Shown in pieces: positions 31,878 to 40,668 of a stretch of DNA of 64,000 nt. The stretch covers positions 4,936 through 68,935 of the forward strand of contig JBKJSN010000019.1 of NCBI GenBank assembly GCA_046595815.1, read 5' to 3'. The DNA comes from Mycobacteriales bacterium (GTDB lineage: Bacteria; Actinomycetota; Actinomycetes; Mycobacteriales; SCTD01). The notes under the pieces are model-generated. The model worked only from the letters and a program-made list of their open reading frames with translations, made no database searches and had not been told where the DNA came from. Position 1 is the stretch's first letter, and the number at the start of each line of letters is the position of its first letter. Both the position numbers and the translations under genes were made by a program.

Positions 31878-32777
31878 TCAGGAGAAGCGCGCCCGCAGCA
31901 GCAGCACGTTGCGGACGTACTGCTTGGTCTGCGGCAGCAGCCCCACCCGGCTGATCGAGCCCAGGCCTTGGTAGTAGCCGGCGAGGGCCTTCTCCACACT
32001 CCCGGTGGCCCGCAGCAGGTCGCTGAGCAAGATCACGCCCGCCTCGACGTTGTCGGAGGCCTTCAGCAGATCGAAGCGCCGCCCGTGCAGTCGCCCGAGG
32101 GCGTTGCCGGTGCGCGGCAGGACCTGCATCGCGCCGATCGCGTCCACGGGCGAGACGACACCTTGCTGGAAGCCGCTCTCCTGGTACGCGAGGGCCAGTG
32201 CCAGGTTCACCGGCACATCGTGCCGCCGTGCGGCACGGACGATCAGCTGCTGCACGACCGCCTTGCTGGGCAGCGAGCGCGCCCGCAGCGCCGCCCGGTG
32301 CGCCGCTGCGGACTGTGCGACCGAGCCCGCCACCCGCACCGTGCTCGAGGGAGGCGCGAGGCGAACGGTCACCGGGTAGCGCAGGCGCTCGCCGAGCAGG
32401 AGGTAGTCGCGGCGCAGACCGTTGGCCCTGGTGAGCACCTCGGGCGTCGTCCGCAGCTTCCGAGCGACGACGATCAGTCCGTCCCCGGGGCGCACCGTGT
32501 AGGTCTGGACGGTGGTCCGGGTGGCAGGGTTACTAGGGGTGGGGCGAGCGCTCGCCGTACCCGGAACGCGCAACGTCGCGCCTGCATAGAGGGTCGTGCT
32601 GCCGCCCATGCCGTTCAGGGCCTGCAGCGTCGCCACGGTCGTGCGATGGCGGAGGGCGAGCTCGCTGAGGGTGTCGCCGCTGCGGATCCGGATCACGTTG
32701 GGCGCGCCGGCCGTCACAGCGGCGGCAAGGAGGGCGAGCAGGCCAACGGCGCGCAGCCCACGGGTGGGACGAGACAT
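31878..32777 (-). CDS. LysM (x2) + SLT lytic transglycosylase
   Basis: Signal peptide, GDTLSELA and PGDGL LysM repeats, QESGF, AIGAMQ, YYQG. Confidence 0.9.
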   Translation of the reverse strand: MSRPTRGLRAVGLLALLAAAVTAGAPNVIRIRSGDTLSELALRHRTTVATLQALNGMGGSTTLYAGATLRVPGTASARPTPSNPATRTTVQTYTVRPGDGLIVVARKLRTTPEVLTRANGLRRDYLLLGERLRYPVTVRLAPPSSTVRVAGSVAQSAAAHRAALRARSLPSKAVVQQLIVRAARRHDVPVNLALALAYQESGFQQGVVSPVDAIGAMQVLPRTGNALGRLHGRRFDLLKASDNVEAGVILLSDLLRATGSVEKALAGYYQGLGSISRVGLLPQTKQYVRNVLLLRARFS

Positions 32778-32847
32778 GTCCAGTCCTTCATCGGTGCCCA
32801 GCACGGGTGCTGCGCGGCGGTTCCCCGGCCGCCGACGGTACGCCGCC

Positions 32848-32889
32848 TGTGACTGGTGTGGCAAATGTGACAGGTGGGGCACAAGTGAC
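32848..32889 (-). promoter_or_regulatory. Array of five GTCACA-like hexamers at 9-bp period upstream of the LysM/SLT gene (candidate MtrA-type site)
   Basis: Plus-strand TGTGAC, TGTGGC, TGTGAC, TGGGGC, AGTGAC at 32848, 32857, 32866, 32875 and 32884. Confidence 0.5.
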
Positions 32890-32936
32890 GCTCAGCCGCG
32901 CACGCCGGGTACGGCGGGGCTAGAGTCGAGGGGTCA

Positions 32937-33034
32937 GGCCGGGGAGCTCGCGACAGGCGGGCTGAGAGGCCGATCCGCCTTCGGGCAGCGTCGGCGACCC
33001 GTACCACCCGATCGGGATCATGCCCGCGTGGGGA
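32937..33034 (+). ncRNA. TPP riboswitch
   Basis: GGGGAGC...GCTGAGAG...GACCC...ACCCGATC...CATGCCCGCGTGGGGA fits the THI-box core and lies immediately before thiG. Confidence 0.88.
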
Positions 33035-33043
33035 GTCGCTGGA

Positions 33044-33820
33044 GTGAACGCAATCGACGTTTTCGAGATCGCCGGCCGCCGCTATGGGAGTCGGCTGCTC
33101 GTCGGCACGGGCAAGTTCCGGTCCCACGCCGTCATGCGCGATGCGCTGGTCGCCAGCGGCGCCGACATTGTCACCGTCGCCCTGCGTCGCGTGGACCTGA
33201 GCCGCGCCGGCGAGGGTGACGTGCTGGACTTCGTGCCGGAGGGCATGACGCTGCTGCCGAACACCAGCGGCGCGGTCGACGCCGACGAGGCGGTCCGGCT
33301 GGCGCGCCTGGGTCGTGCGGCGACCGGCGCCGATCTCGTAAAGCTCGAGGTGACCCCGGACCCGCGCACGCTCGCCCCGGACCCTATCGAGACCCTGCGC
33401 GCCGCGGAACGGCTGGTGGCAGAGGGCTTCGTGGTGCTGCCCTACTGCTCGGCAGACCCGGTGCTGTGCCGCCATCTCGAGGAGGCCGGCTGCGCCACCG
33501 TCATGCCGCTCGGCGCGTGGATCGGCAGCAACCGCGGGCTACGGACGCGCGACGCGATCGAGGTCATCGTGGCGCAGGCAGGTATCCCGGTCGTGGTGGA
33601 CGCCGGGCTCGGGGTGCCGTCGGACGCTGCGGAGGCGATGGAGGTGGGCGCCGACGCCGTCCTGGTCAACACCGCCATCGCGATCGCCGACGACCCGGTG
33701 ACGATGGCGCGGGCCTTCGCGCTCGCCACCCAGGCAGGGCGGCTGGGACACCTCGCCGGTCGCGGCGCTGTGCTCGACACCGCCGAGGCCTCCAGCCCGC
33801 TGACCGGATTCCTGCAGTGA
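33044..33820 (+). CDS. thiG: Thiazole synthase
   Basis: [46 protein letters not shown]. Confidence 0.95.
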   Translation: MNAIDVFEIAGRRYGSRLLVGTGKFRSHAVMRDALVASGADIVTVALRRVDLSRAGEGDVLDFVPEGMTLLPNTSGAVDADEAVRLARLGRAATGADLVKLEVTPDPRTLAPDPIETLRAAERLVAEGFVVLPYCSADPVLCRHLEEAGCATVMPLGAWIGSNRGLRTRDAIEVIVAQAGIPVVVDAGLGVPSDAAEAMEVGADAVLVNTAIAIADDPVTMARAFALATQAGRLGHLAGRGAVLDTAEASSPLTGFLQ

Positions 33821-34908
33821 GCCAGCCGCCTGGCCGCTTCGCGCGCCATCTCGTCACGGTGCCCGCCCCGGTCCAGGTGGCCGTGGAGACGGCGCTCGCC
33901 CAGCCGACGCTCGCGCACCTGCCGACGCTGCTGTCGCCTGAGGCCACGCCGTACCTGGAGGACCTGGCGCAACGCGCGCGGCAGGTGACGCTCCAGCGCT
34001 TCGGGCGGGCCGTGCGGTTGTTCGCCCCGCTCTACGTCAGCAACGCCTGCCTGTCGACGTGCACCTACTGCGGCTTCTCCAAGGGGCTGGACGTCGTACG
34101 CCGAACGCTCACGGTCGAGCAGGTCGTCGAGGAGGCAAGAGCCCTGGTGGAAAAGGGTTTCCGGCATCTTCTGCTCGTCAGCGGTGAGCACCGCCTCGAG
34201 GTCAGTCAGGACTACCTCGTGGCGTGCGTCGAGGCGTTGCGCTCGATCGTGCCGAGCCTGAGCATCGAGACACAGACGTGGTCCGACGACACCTACGCGC
34301 GCCTGGTCGAGGCGGGGCTCGAGGGCGTCGTGCACTACCAGGAGACCTACGACAGGACGCGGTACGCCGAGGTCCACCAGGCGGGTTGGAAGCGCGACTA
34401 CGACCGCCGGCTGAGCTCCACCGAGCGCGCCGCTGAGGCAGGGGTGCGACGGCTTGGGATCGGTGCGTTGCTGGGGCTCAGCGAGGACTGGCGCGCTGAC
34501 GTGGTGGCGGTCGCCGAACATGCGCTGTGGCTGCAGCGGCACTACTGGCGCACCGAGGTGACGGTGTCACTGCCCCGCATCAAGCCGAGCGCCAGCGGGT
34601 TCCAGCCGCTGTCGCCGGTCACCGACGCGGAGTACGTCCAGGCGATGGCGGCGCTGAGGCTGGTCGCCCCTGAGGTCGGCATCGTGCTGTCCACCCGGGA
34701 GCCGGCCGTGCTGCGCGACGGATTGGTCCGCATCGCCGTGACGACGATGAGCGCGGGAAGCTCGACCGAGCCGGGGGGCTACCTGCACCCCGGGGAGGCA
34801 CAGGAGCAGTTCGCGATCAGCGACGAGCGCTCGCCTGCCGAGGTCGCGGCCATGCTGGTCGCGGCCGGCTACGAACCCGTCTGGAAGGACGCCTTCGCCC
34901 TGCGCTGA
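33817..34908 (+). CDS. thiH: 2-iminoacetate synthase (radical SAM tyrosine lyase)
   Basis: [19 protein letters not shown] (CxxxCxxC), [35 protein letters not shown]; GTGA overlap with thiG. Confidence 0.92.
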   Translation: MSQPPGRFARHLVTVPAPVQVAVETALAQPTLAHLPTLLSPEATPYLEDLAQRARQVTLQRFGRAVRLFAPLYVSNACLSTCTYCGFSKGLDVVRRTLTVEQVVEEARALVEKGFRHLLLVSGEHRLEVSQDYLVACVEALRSIVPSLSIETQTWSDDTYARLVEAGLEGVVHYQETYDRTRYAEVHQAGWKRDYDRRLSSTERAAEAGVRRLGIGALLGLSEDWRADVVAVAEHALWLQRHYWRTEVTVSLPRIKPSASGFQPLSPVTDAEYVQAMAALRLVAPEVGIVLSTREPAVLRDGLVRIAVTTMSAGSSTEPGGYLHPGEAQEQFAISDERSPAEVAAMLVAAGYEPVWKDAFALR

Positions 34909-34939
34909 ACACCGCTCGCCGAGGCGGCTCTCGGCGCCG

Positions 34940-35635
34940 TCAGGAGACGGTGAAGGTGCCCTTCATGCCCTTGTCGGCGTGCCCGTCGACGGTGCAGGAG
35001 AACGTGTAGGTGCCGGCCGTGGCCAGCTCGATGATGGCCTCGCCCTCCTTGCCGGGGGCGACATCGTGGACCTCACCGACCTCCTTGCCGGCGGCATCGA
35101 CGATGACGAGGTTGTGGGGCGCCTGGCCGTTGTTGTGCAGCTTGAACTCGATCTTCTCGCCCGCCTTGGCGGTGAAGCCGGACATACCCGCGAAGGCGAA
35201 GTCGGTCGTCGTGACCTCGAGCTCGCGGTCGTACGCAGCCTCGCTCGTGCCGGCCTTGCCGGTCACGGTGATCTCGGTGCGGATGCCGTCGCCCTTCTGC
35301 CCGGGCTTGCAGGCGACTTCGTACTCGCCCCCGTCCAGCGAGACGTGCAAGTCCCGGCTCGTGCCCGGCGCGATGTTCTCGACCTCGCCGACGACGGTCG
35401 CGAAGGCGCCGCCGCTGTCCTTGCCGTAGACGTAGACCTCGGTCACGTCCTTGCCCGTGTTCGCGACCTCGAGCTCCACATCGCCCGCCGTGAACGTGGT
35501 CTGAGTCAGGCCGCAGGTCGTGTCGTTCGCCACCACCTTCGCGCGCTGCAGGGTGGAGTTGGTGGTGTCGTCCTTGGCGCAGCCGGCGAGCGGCAGCAGC
35601 AGGGCGAGGGCAACGGCGGCGGAGGAAGAGCGCAT
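34940..35635 (-). CDS. Lipoprotein with two cupredoxin-like domains (EfeO N-terminal-like plus type-1-copper-like)
   Basis: Lipobox LAGC; GEVENIAPG and YEVACKPG; then HN...CTVDGHADKGM. Confidence 0.8.
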   Translation of the reverse strand: MRSSSAAVALALLLPLAGCAKDDTTNSTLQRAKVVANDTTCGLTQTTFTAGDVELEVANTGKDVTEVYVYGKDSGGAFATVVGEVENIAPGTSRDLHVSLDGGEYEVACKPGQKGDGIRTEITVTGKAGTSEAAYDRELEVTTTDFAFAGMSGFTAKAGEKIEFKLHNNGQAPHNLVIVDAAGKEVGEVHDVAPGKEGEAIIELATAGTYTFSCTVDGHADKGMKGTFTVS

Positions 35636-35678
35636 GGAGACAACAAGCCTTTCGAGGTGGGAGAGGTGCGGCGGGAAG

Positions 35679-36527
35679 TCAGGCAGCGATGGGCTGCTGC
35701 GGTGCGGGGGTGCCGCTCGCGGGGGTCTTCGCGGGGCGGAGGAACAGGTAGAGCACAGGCACGAGGTAGGCGAGCCAGACCATGACCTGGAGCACTGTCG
35801 GGTTGGGCTGGAAGTTGAAGATGCCCTTGAGGAGCGTGCCGTACCAGGAGGACGGCGGGATGGTGCTGCTGATGTCGAAGGCGCGGTCGTTCAGACCGGG
35901 TAGGTCTCCGGCCTCCTGCAGGTCGTGCACGCCGTAAGCCGCGACGCCGGCGGCCACCACGACGAGCGCAGCGCCGGTCCAGGCGAAGAACGTCTTGAGG
36001 TTGAGGGTGATGGCGCCCTTATAGAACGCCCAGCCCAAGACCACCGAGGTGAACAGGCCGAGGAAGGCGCTGCTGGTGGACACGACGGGATCGGAGCTGG
36101 ACTGGACGGCTGTCCACAGGAACAGCGCTGTCTCCAGACCCTCGCGTCCCACGGCGACGAAGCCGGTGAGGGCTAGGGCGATGGGGCCCAGTGCGAGGGC
36201 TGCGTCGAGCTTGCCGTGAAGCTCGGTCTTGAGGAACCGCGCTGTGCGGCGCATCCAGAAGACCATCCAGGTCACGAAGCCGACGGCGATGAGGGAGGCG
36301 TACCCGCCGAACCGTTCCTGTGCCTCAAAGCTCATGCTCGCGCTCGTGTACTGCAGGACGGCCCCGAAGGCCAGGCTCAGGGCGACGGCTGCAACCACGC
36401 CCGACCAGAGCGGGGCGAGCCTGTCCCGACGTCCGGTCTTGACGAGGTAGGCCACGAGGATGCCGACGACGAGGGACGCCTCAAGGCCTTCGCGCAGGCC
36501 GATCAGGTACGTGGGGAGCGAGAACAC
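35679..36527 (-). CDS. efeU: FTR1/EfeU iron permease
   Basis: Two REGLE motifs, MVFWM, HDLQEAG. Confidence 0.92.
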   Translation of the reverse strand: MFSLPTYLIGLREGLEASLVVGILVAYLVKTGRRDRLAPLWSGVVAAVALSLAFGAVLQYTSASMSFEAQERFGGYASLIAVGFVTWMVFWMRRTARFLKTELHGKLDAALALGPIALALTGFVAVGREGLETALFLWTAVQSSSDPVVSTSSAFLGLFTSVVLGWAFYKGAITLNLKTFFAWTGAALVVVAAGVAAYGVHDLQEAGDLPGLNDRAFDISSTIPPSSWYGTLLKGIFNFQPNPTVLQVMVWLAYLVPVLYLFLRPAKTPASGTPAPQQPIAA

Positions 36528-36552
36528 GAAAGGCCTTCCCTCGGGGAGCTAC

Positions 36553-36571
36553 TAAAGGAAACCTTACCTAC
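36553..36571. promoter_or_regulatory. Candidate IdeR/DtxR iron box
   Basis: Minus strand GTAGGTAAGGTTTCCTTTA resembles TTAGGTTAGGCTAACCTAA (left half good, right half weak); 25 bp upstream of efeU. Confidence 0.55.
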
Positions 36572-36611
36572 TCCTCCTCGGAGGCGGCAATGCGAACCCA
36601 GGTGATGCCCG

Positions 36612-37055
36612 TCACGCTCTGAGCACGAGATGACCCGCGCGCACCTCGACCTGCTCGAAACCCAGCCGGTGAAGCAGGCGCAGTGACGCCTCGTTGCCGG
36701 GCAGCACCTCTGCCCGGACACTGCTCGCGCCTTGCTTTCGAACCCACTCGAGCAGCGCCCGGACGGCGGCGGTGCCCACGCCTTGCCCGCGGACGGAGCG
36801 TGCCAGGCCGTACCCGATCTCGACCTCGCCATCGTCCCCAGGCGGGCCGAACCAGCCGCAGTCGCCGACCACCACCCCCTCGAGGAGGACCAGGAAGGTC
36901 CCTGGACCGGTGTGCTCGGGGTGCTCAGCCAGTGGACGCAAAGCGTCGGCGGTGTCCGGATGCGGCCAGTCAGGGGCGTGTCTGATCTCGCCCAGGTCCG
37001 TCCCCTCCAGCACAGCCCTTGCCACGGCCACGGTGCAGGGGAGGAGTTCGATCAC
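36612..37055 (-). CDS. GNAT (RimJ/RimL-like) acetyltransferase
   Basis: EIGYG, RGQGVG, NEASLRLLHRLGF; GTGA overlap with the RNase D stop. Confidence 0.85.
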   Translation of the reverse strand: MIELLPCTVAVARAVLEGTDLGEIRHAPDWPHPDTADALRPLAEHPEHTGPGTFLVLLEGVVVGDCGWFGPPGDDGEVEIGYGLARSVRGQGVGTAAVRALLEWVRKQGASSVRAEVLPGNEASLRLLHRLGFEQVEVRAGHLVLRA

Positions 37056-38266
37056 GGTTCGGGAAGCGCCTGCGCGAGTGCGGCAGCGGTGAGCGTGACC
37101 TGCCACGAGCGGGCGCCATGGCCCGACAGGGTCTGGGCGACGACGGTTTCGCTGAGCTCGCTCGGTGGCGTCCAGGCGAGGCGGCGTACGGCGTCCGGCG
37201 CGATGAGGTTCTCTGCCGGGATCCGGTGGTGCTCAGAGAGCGCTGCGAGGGCCGCGCGGACTCGGACGAGCCGCCGTGCAGCGATCGGGTCGCGCTCAGC
37301 CCATCTGCTCGGCGGGGGTGGTCCGTCGCCCGGGGGTGAGGCGAGGGGCAGATCCTCTTCCGGAAGGGTCGCCGCGCGCTGCAGGGCACCCCACCAGAGG
37401 TCCACATGGCGCCGCGTGGAACGGCCCCCGAAGACGGGGAGCGCCAGCAGTTCGGCGGGCGTCGCAGGGGCGGTGCTCACCGCACTCACGATGGCGGCGT
37501 CGGGCAGCACCCTGCCTGGCGCGGTGTCGCGCTTGCGGGCGAGCACGTCGCGAGCGGACCACATCTCGCGTACGGCGGCCAGCTGCCGCCTGCTCCGAAG
37601 CTTGTGGATCCCGCTGGTACGCCGCCAGGGGTCGACGCGCGGGCCCGGCGCCGGAGCGGTGCGAACCGCTTCGAACTCCTCTTCGGCCCAGGCCAGTTTG
37701 CCTTGCGCGGCGAGCTCGTCCTCCAGGGCGTCCCGGAGCTCGAGCAGCACCTCGACGTCGAGGGCGGCGTAGACCAGCCAGTCATGGGGGAGTGGACGGG
37801 TGGACCAGTCCGCCGCGCTGTGCCCCTTCTCGAGGGCATAGCCCAGGACGTTGTCGACCATGGCGCCGAGGCCCACGCGGTCGAAGCCGGCCAGTCGACC
37901 CGCGAGCTCGGTGTCGAACAGAACCGGAGCGGTCATGCCGACCTCGGCCAAGCAGGGGATGTCCTGGTTGGCTGCGTGCAGCACCCAGGGGGCGTCCTGC
38001 AGGACCTTGCTGAGCAAAGACAGGTCGGGGCAGGCGATCGGGTCGATCAGCGCCGTACCGGAGTTCTTCCTGCGCAGCTGCACGAGATAGGCGCGCTGGG
38101 AGTAGCGGTAGCCAGAGGCGCGCTCGGCGTCCACGGCCAAAGGTCCCGTGCCCGCGGCGAAGCGCGCGATGACTGACGCGAGCTGAGCGGACGTCTCGGT
38201 GACAGGCGGGACACCTTCGCGGGGGGCCAGCAGTGGCGTCACGGGACGCTCGGCGACCTCCTCCAC
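37052..38266 (-). CDS. rnd: Ribonuclease D (HRDC domain)
   Basis: AVDAERASGYRY, LHAANQD, FDTELA, SAADWS, YAALDVE. Confidence 0.92.
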   Translation of the reverse strand: MEEVAERPVTPLLAPREGVPPVTETSAQLASVIARFAAGTGPLAVDAERASGYRYSQRAYLVQLRRKNSGTALIDPIACPDLSLLSKVLQDAPWVLHAANQDIPCLAEVGMTAPVLFDTELAGRLAGFDRVGLGAMVDNVLGYALEKGHSAADWSTRPLPHDWLVYAALDVEVLLELRDALEDELAAQGKLAWAEEEFEAVRTAPAPGPRVDPWRRTSGIHKLRSRRQLAAVREMWSARDVLARKRDTAPGRVLPDAAIVSAVSTAPATPAELLALPVFGGRSTRRHVDLWWGALQRAATLPEEDLPLASPPGDGPPPPSRWAERDPIAARRLVRVRAALAALSEHHRIPAENLIAPDAVRRLAWTPPSELSETVVAQTLSGHGARSWQVTLTAAALAQALPEP

Positions 38267-38289
38267 GAGGTCAGACTACGCGGAAGGAG

Positions 38290-38994
38290 TCAGCGGATGA
38301 CCCCGGCACGCATGGCCAGGGCGACCATCTCGGCGCGGTCGCCTGTGCCGAGCTTGCGCGCGATCCGGGCAAGGTGCGACTTAACGGTCAAAGCGGACAG
38401 GCCGAGCTCATCGCCGATCTGCTTGTTGCTCTGCCCATCGGCCACCAGACGCAGGACCTCGACCTCGCGGCCGGACAGTTCCGACACGCCGGTCTCGACC
38501 GGACCGCCGCGCAGTCCGGCAGCCAAGAGCGAGGCGACGGACGGGTCGGCGTAGACGCCACCGTCGAGCACCCGGCGTACGCCGTCCGCGACGACGACAG
38601 GGGAAGCGGACTTGAGCAGGTAGCCCTGCGCGCCGGCGACGAACGCCGCGCGGACGGAGTAAGGGTCGTCCGCTGCAGAGAGCACGACGAGGCGCTGCCA
38701 TCCGGCGGCGCGCAGGTCAGCAAGCAGATCCAGGCCGGAACCGTCGGGGAGTCCGAGGTCCAGGACACACAGCTCGCGGGGGCCGGAGACGTTGGCGCGG
38801 GCCCGGGCCTCACCGATGGTGGCTGCCTCGACGACCTCGCGGGCGCCCATCATCTTGAGCCTGTTGACCATCGACTCCCGCACGAGCGGGTGGTCGTCGA
38901 CGACCATGGCGGAGAAGCCAGGGGTCTCCCCTGACGTCTGCGCCGGGATGCTCTCCAGCGCGCTTTCGAGACCGGCAGCCACCGCGTCCTCCAC
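38290..38994 (-). CDS. NarL/LuxR-family response regulator
   Basis: VVDDHP, VLDLGLPDG (phosphoacceptor Asp), GYLLK, LSGREVEVL...SNKQI...TVKSHL HTH. Start uncertain. Confidence 0.92.
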   Translation of the reverse strand: MEDAVAAGLESALESIPAQTSGETPGFSAMVVDDHPLVRESMVNRLKMMGAREVVEAATIGEARARANVSGPRELCVLDLGLPDGSGLDLLADLRAAGWQRLVVLSAADDPYSVRAAFVAGAQGYLLKSASPVVVADGVRRVLDGGVYADPSVASLLAAGLRGGPVETGVSELSGREVEVLRLVADGQSNKQIGDELGLSALTVKSHLARIARKLGTGDRAEMVALAMRAGVIR

Positions 38995-39186
38995 CTACTG
39001 CGTGCGGCCCAGGAGAGGGCCGTTCCTGTGATCCATCGGCCGGATTGAAGGGTTCCTGTAGCACGGGTTGGTCCGACTGGCCCAACGAGTGTTGTTAGGC
39101 CGTTCGGCTGACAAGCCCCGTGATCACTGCAGTTGGGCGCCGAATCTGCCGAGAGATGCACGTAACCCCTGATCAGGAGGCCCCCC

Positions 39187-40668
39187 TTGACCCGTCCGGC
39201 CGCTATCCGACGCAGCTCGGTGACCGTTGCCCTGGCTGCCCTTGCGGTGGCCGGCACCCCCGTGGTGACAGCGCTCCCGGTCCTGCAGGCGGTGGTGTCC
39301 TTCCACGGTCCGGCCGTGATGGCGCCCGGGGTGGAGGTGGTTTCGACGCTGGCCGGCCTGGACGTGCAGGTCGTCCGAGGCGACGCGCCGTCGCTGTACC
39401 GCCTGGCCCACGCACGCGGCGTACGCGGGCTTGCCCTTGACGTCGCCGTGGAGCTGACCAGCGGCAGTGACACTGACAGTGACAGTGACAGCAGCGACAA
39501 GGTCACCGCGGTCCGAGCCAGCGATGGACTTGCGAGTCCGGCGGGCGACCCCGGCGCCGGCGCCGGGGTACGCGTGGCGGTCATCGACACCGGTGTCTCC
39601 GACACGGCGGCTCTCAACCGCGCCTCCGGGCGCCTCGTTGATGCAGTGGACACCTCGACTGGAGCGGTGCGCACCGGCGGCAGGTACGACGACGGGTACG
39701 GCCACGGAACCTTCATGGCCAATCTGGTCGCGGGTGGGGAGTTGCCGGGCAGCCAGGGGGCGATCGGCATCGCCCCCGGCGCCACTGTGTTGGTCGTGCG
39801 CGTTGCAGAGGCGGATGGCTCAACGAGCCTGGTGCGAGTGCTGGCTGCTCTCGACTGGCTGAAGGGGCATGCGGCGGAGGTCGATGTCGCCAACTTGTCA
39901 CTGTCGGCGCGGCGACCCTTCAAGGTGTACGGCGCCGACCCTCTCACCGATGCTGTCGAGGCCGTTCGGGACGCTGGCGTCAGCGTGGTGGTCTCGGCCG
40001 GCAACAAGCGCAACCAGCTCGGTGACCCAGGATTCGACCCGAAGGTGATCACGGTCGGCGCCGCCGACCTGGACCGAAGCCGGGTCCGCGTGGCCACGTT
40101 CTCCGGCAGCGGCACGGTGGCTGGTGTCGCCAAGCCTGATGTCGTCGCCAACGGCGTGCACGTGCTCGGTCTGCTCCCGGAGGACTCCGTCCTGGCGCAG
40201 AGCGCAGGCACGGTGCGCCTGGACAACGGAATGTTCCGGGGGACGGGGACCAGCCAGTCGGCCGCCGTCACCTCCGGACTGGCCGCGCTCCTGCTCAACG
40301 CTCACCCAAGCGCGACCCCTGCCCAGGTGAAGGCATCGCTGCGTTGCGCGGCTACGGATCTGCGTGGTGAGCGTGACGGCGCGGGTCTGGTCCGCACCAC
40401 CTCGACGCTGTGCGCCGGTCCTGACGGGCAGGCGCTGGACGGCAGTGGGGACCTGACGGGTGAGGCCGACTTCGATGCTTCCTCGTGGGGTGCCTCTTCG
40501 TGGGGCGCGTCTTCGTGGGGTGCCTCGTCGTGGGGTGCCTCGTCGTGGGGCGCGTCTTCGTGGGGCGCGTCTTCGTGGGGTGCCTCGTCCTGGGGGGCTT
40601 CTTCTTGGGCTGCCTCCTCGTGGGCTGGCTCGGCGTGGGGCCTCGCAGACCCGGGAGTCGCCCCGTGA
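39187..40668 (+). CDS. Secreted S8 (subtilisin-like) serine peptidase with C-terminal (ASSWG)n tail
   Basis: AGGAGG SD then TTG; signal peptide; VAVIDTG, GHGTFMA, SAGN, KPDVVA, GTSQS; 11 pentapeptide repeats. Confidence 0.92.
   Translation: MTRPAAIRRSSVTVALAALAVAGTPVVTALPVLQAVVSFHGPAVMAPGVEVVSTLAGLDVQVVRGDAPSLYRLAHARGVRGLALDVAVELTSGSDTDSDSDSSDKVTAVRASDGLASPAGDPGAGAGVRVAVIDTGVSDTAALNRASGRLVDAVDTSTGAVRTGGRYDDGYGHGTFMANLVAGGELPGSQGAIGIAPGATVLVVRVAEADGSTSLVRVLAALDWLKGHAAEVDVANLSLSARRPFKVYGADPLTDAVEAVRDAGVSVVVSAGNKRNQLGDPGFDPKVITVGAADLDRSRVRVATFSGSGTVAGVAKPDVVANGVHVLGLLPEDSVLAQSAGTVRLDNGMFRGTGTSQSAAVTSGLAALLLNAHPSATPAQVKASLRCAATDLRGERDGAGLVRTTSTLCAGPDGQALDGSGDLTGEADFDASSWGASSWGASSWGASSWGASSWGASSWGASSWGASSWGASSWAASSWAGSAWGLADPGVAP
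40477..40641 (+). repeat. 11 x 15-nt coding tandem repeat (8x ASSWG, 2x ASSWA, 1x GSAWG)
   Basis: Read directly; units differ mainly at synonymous positions. Confidence 0.97.

Noticed and set aside
39060-39115. Imperfect palindromes (TTGGTCCGACTGGCCCAA; GCCGTTCGGC) between the regulator and the peptidase
   Set aside because: Too degenerate in GC-rich DNA to call as operators without comparative data.
39466-39498. Short (AGTGAC)-like repeat encoding SDTDSDSDSSD in the peptidase
   Set aside because: A low-complexity linker between propeptide and catalytic domain; in frame and unremarkable on its own.
40485-40664. ORF-track N-terminal extension MGCLFVGRVF... of the membrane protein
   Set aside because: It is the alternative-frame reading of the peptidase's 15-nt repeat; the GTGA overlap at 40665 is the more plausible start.
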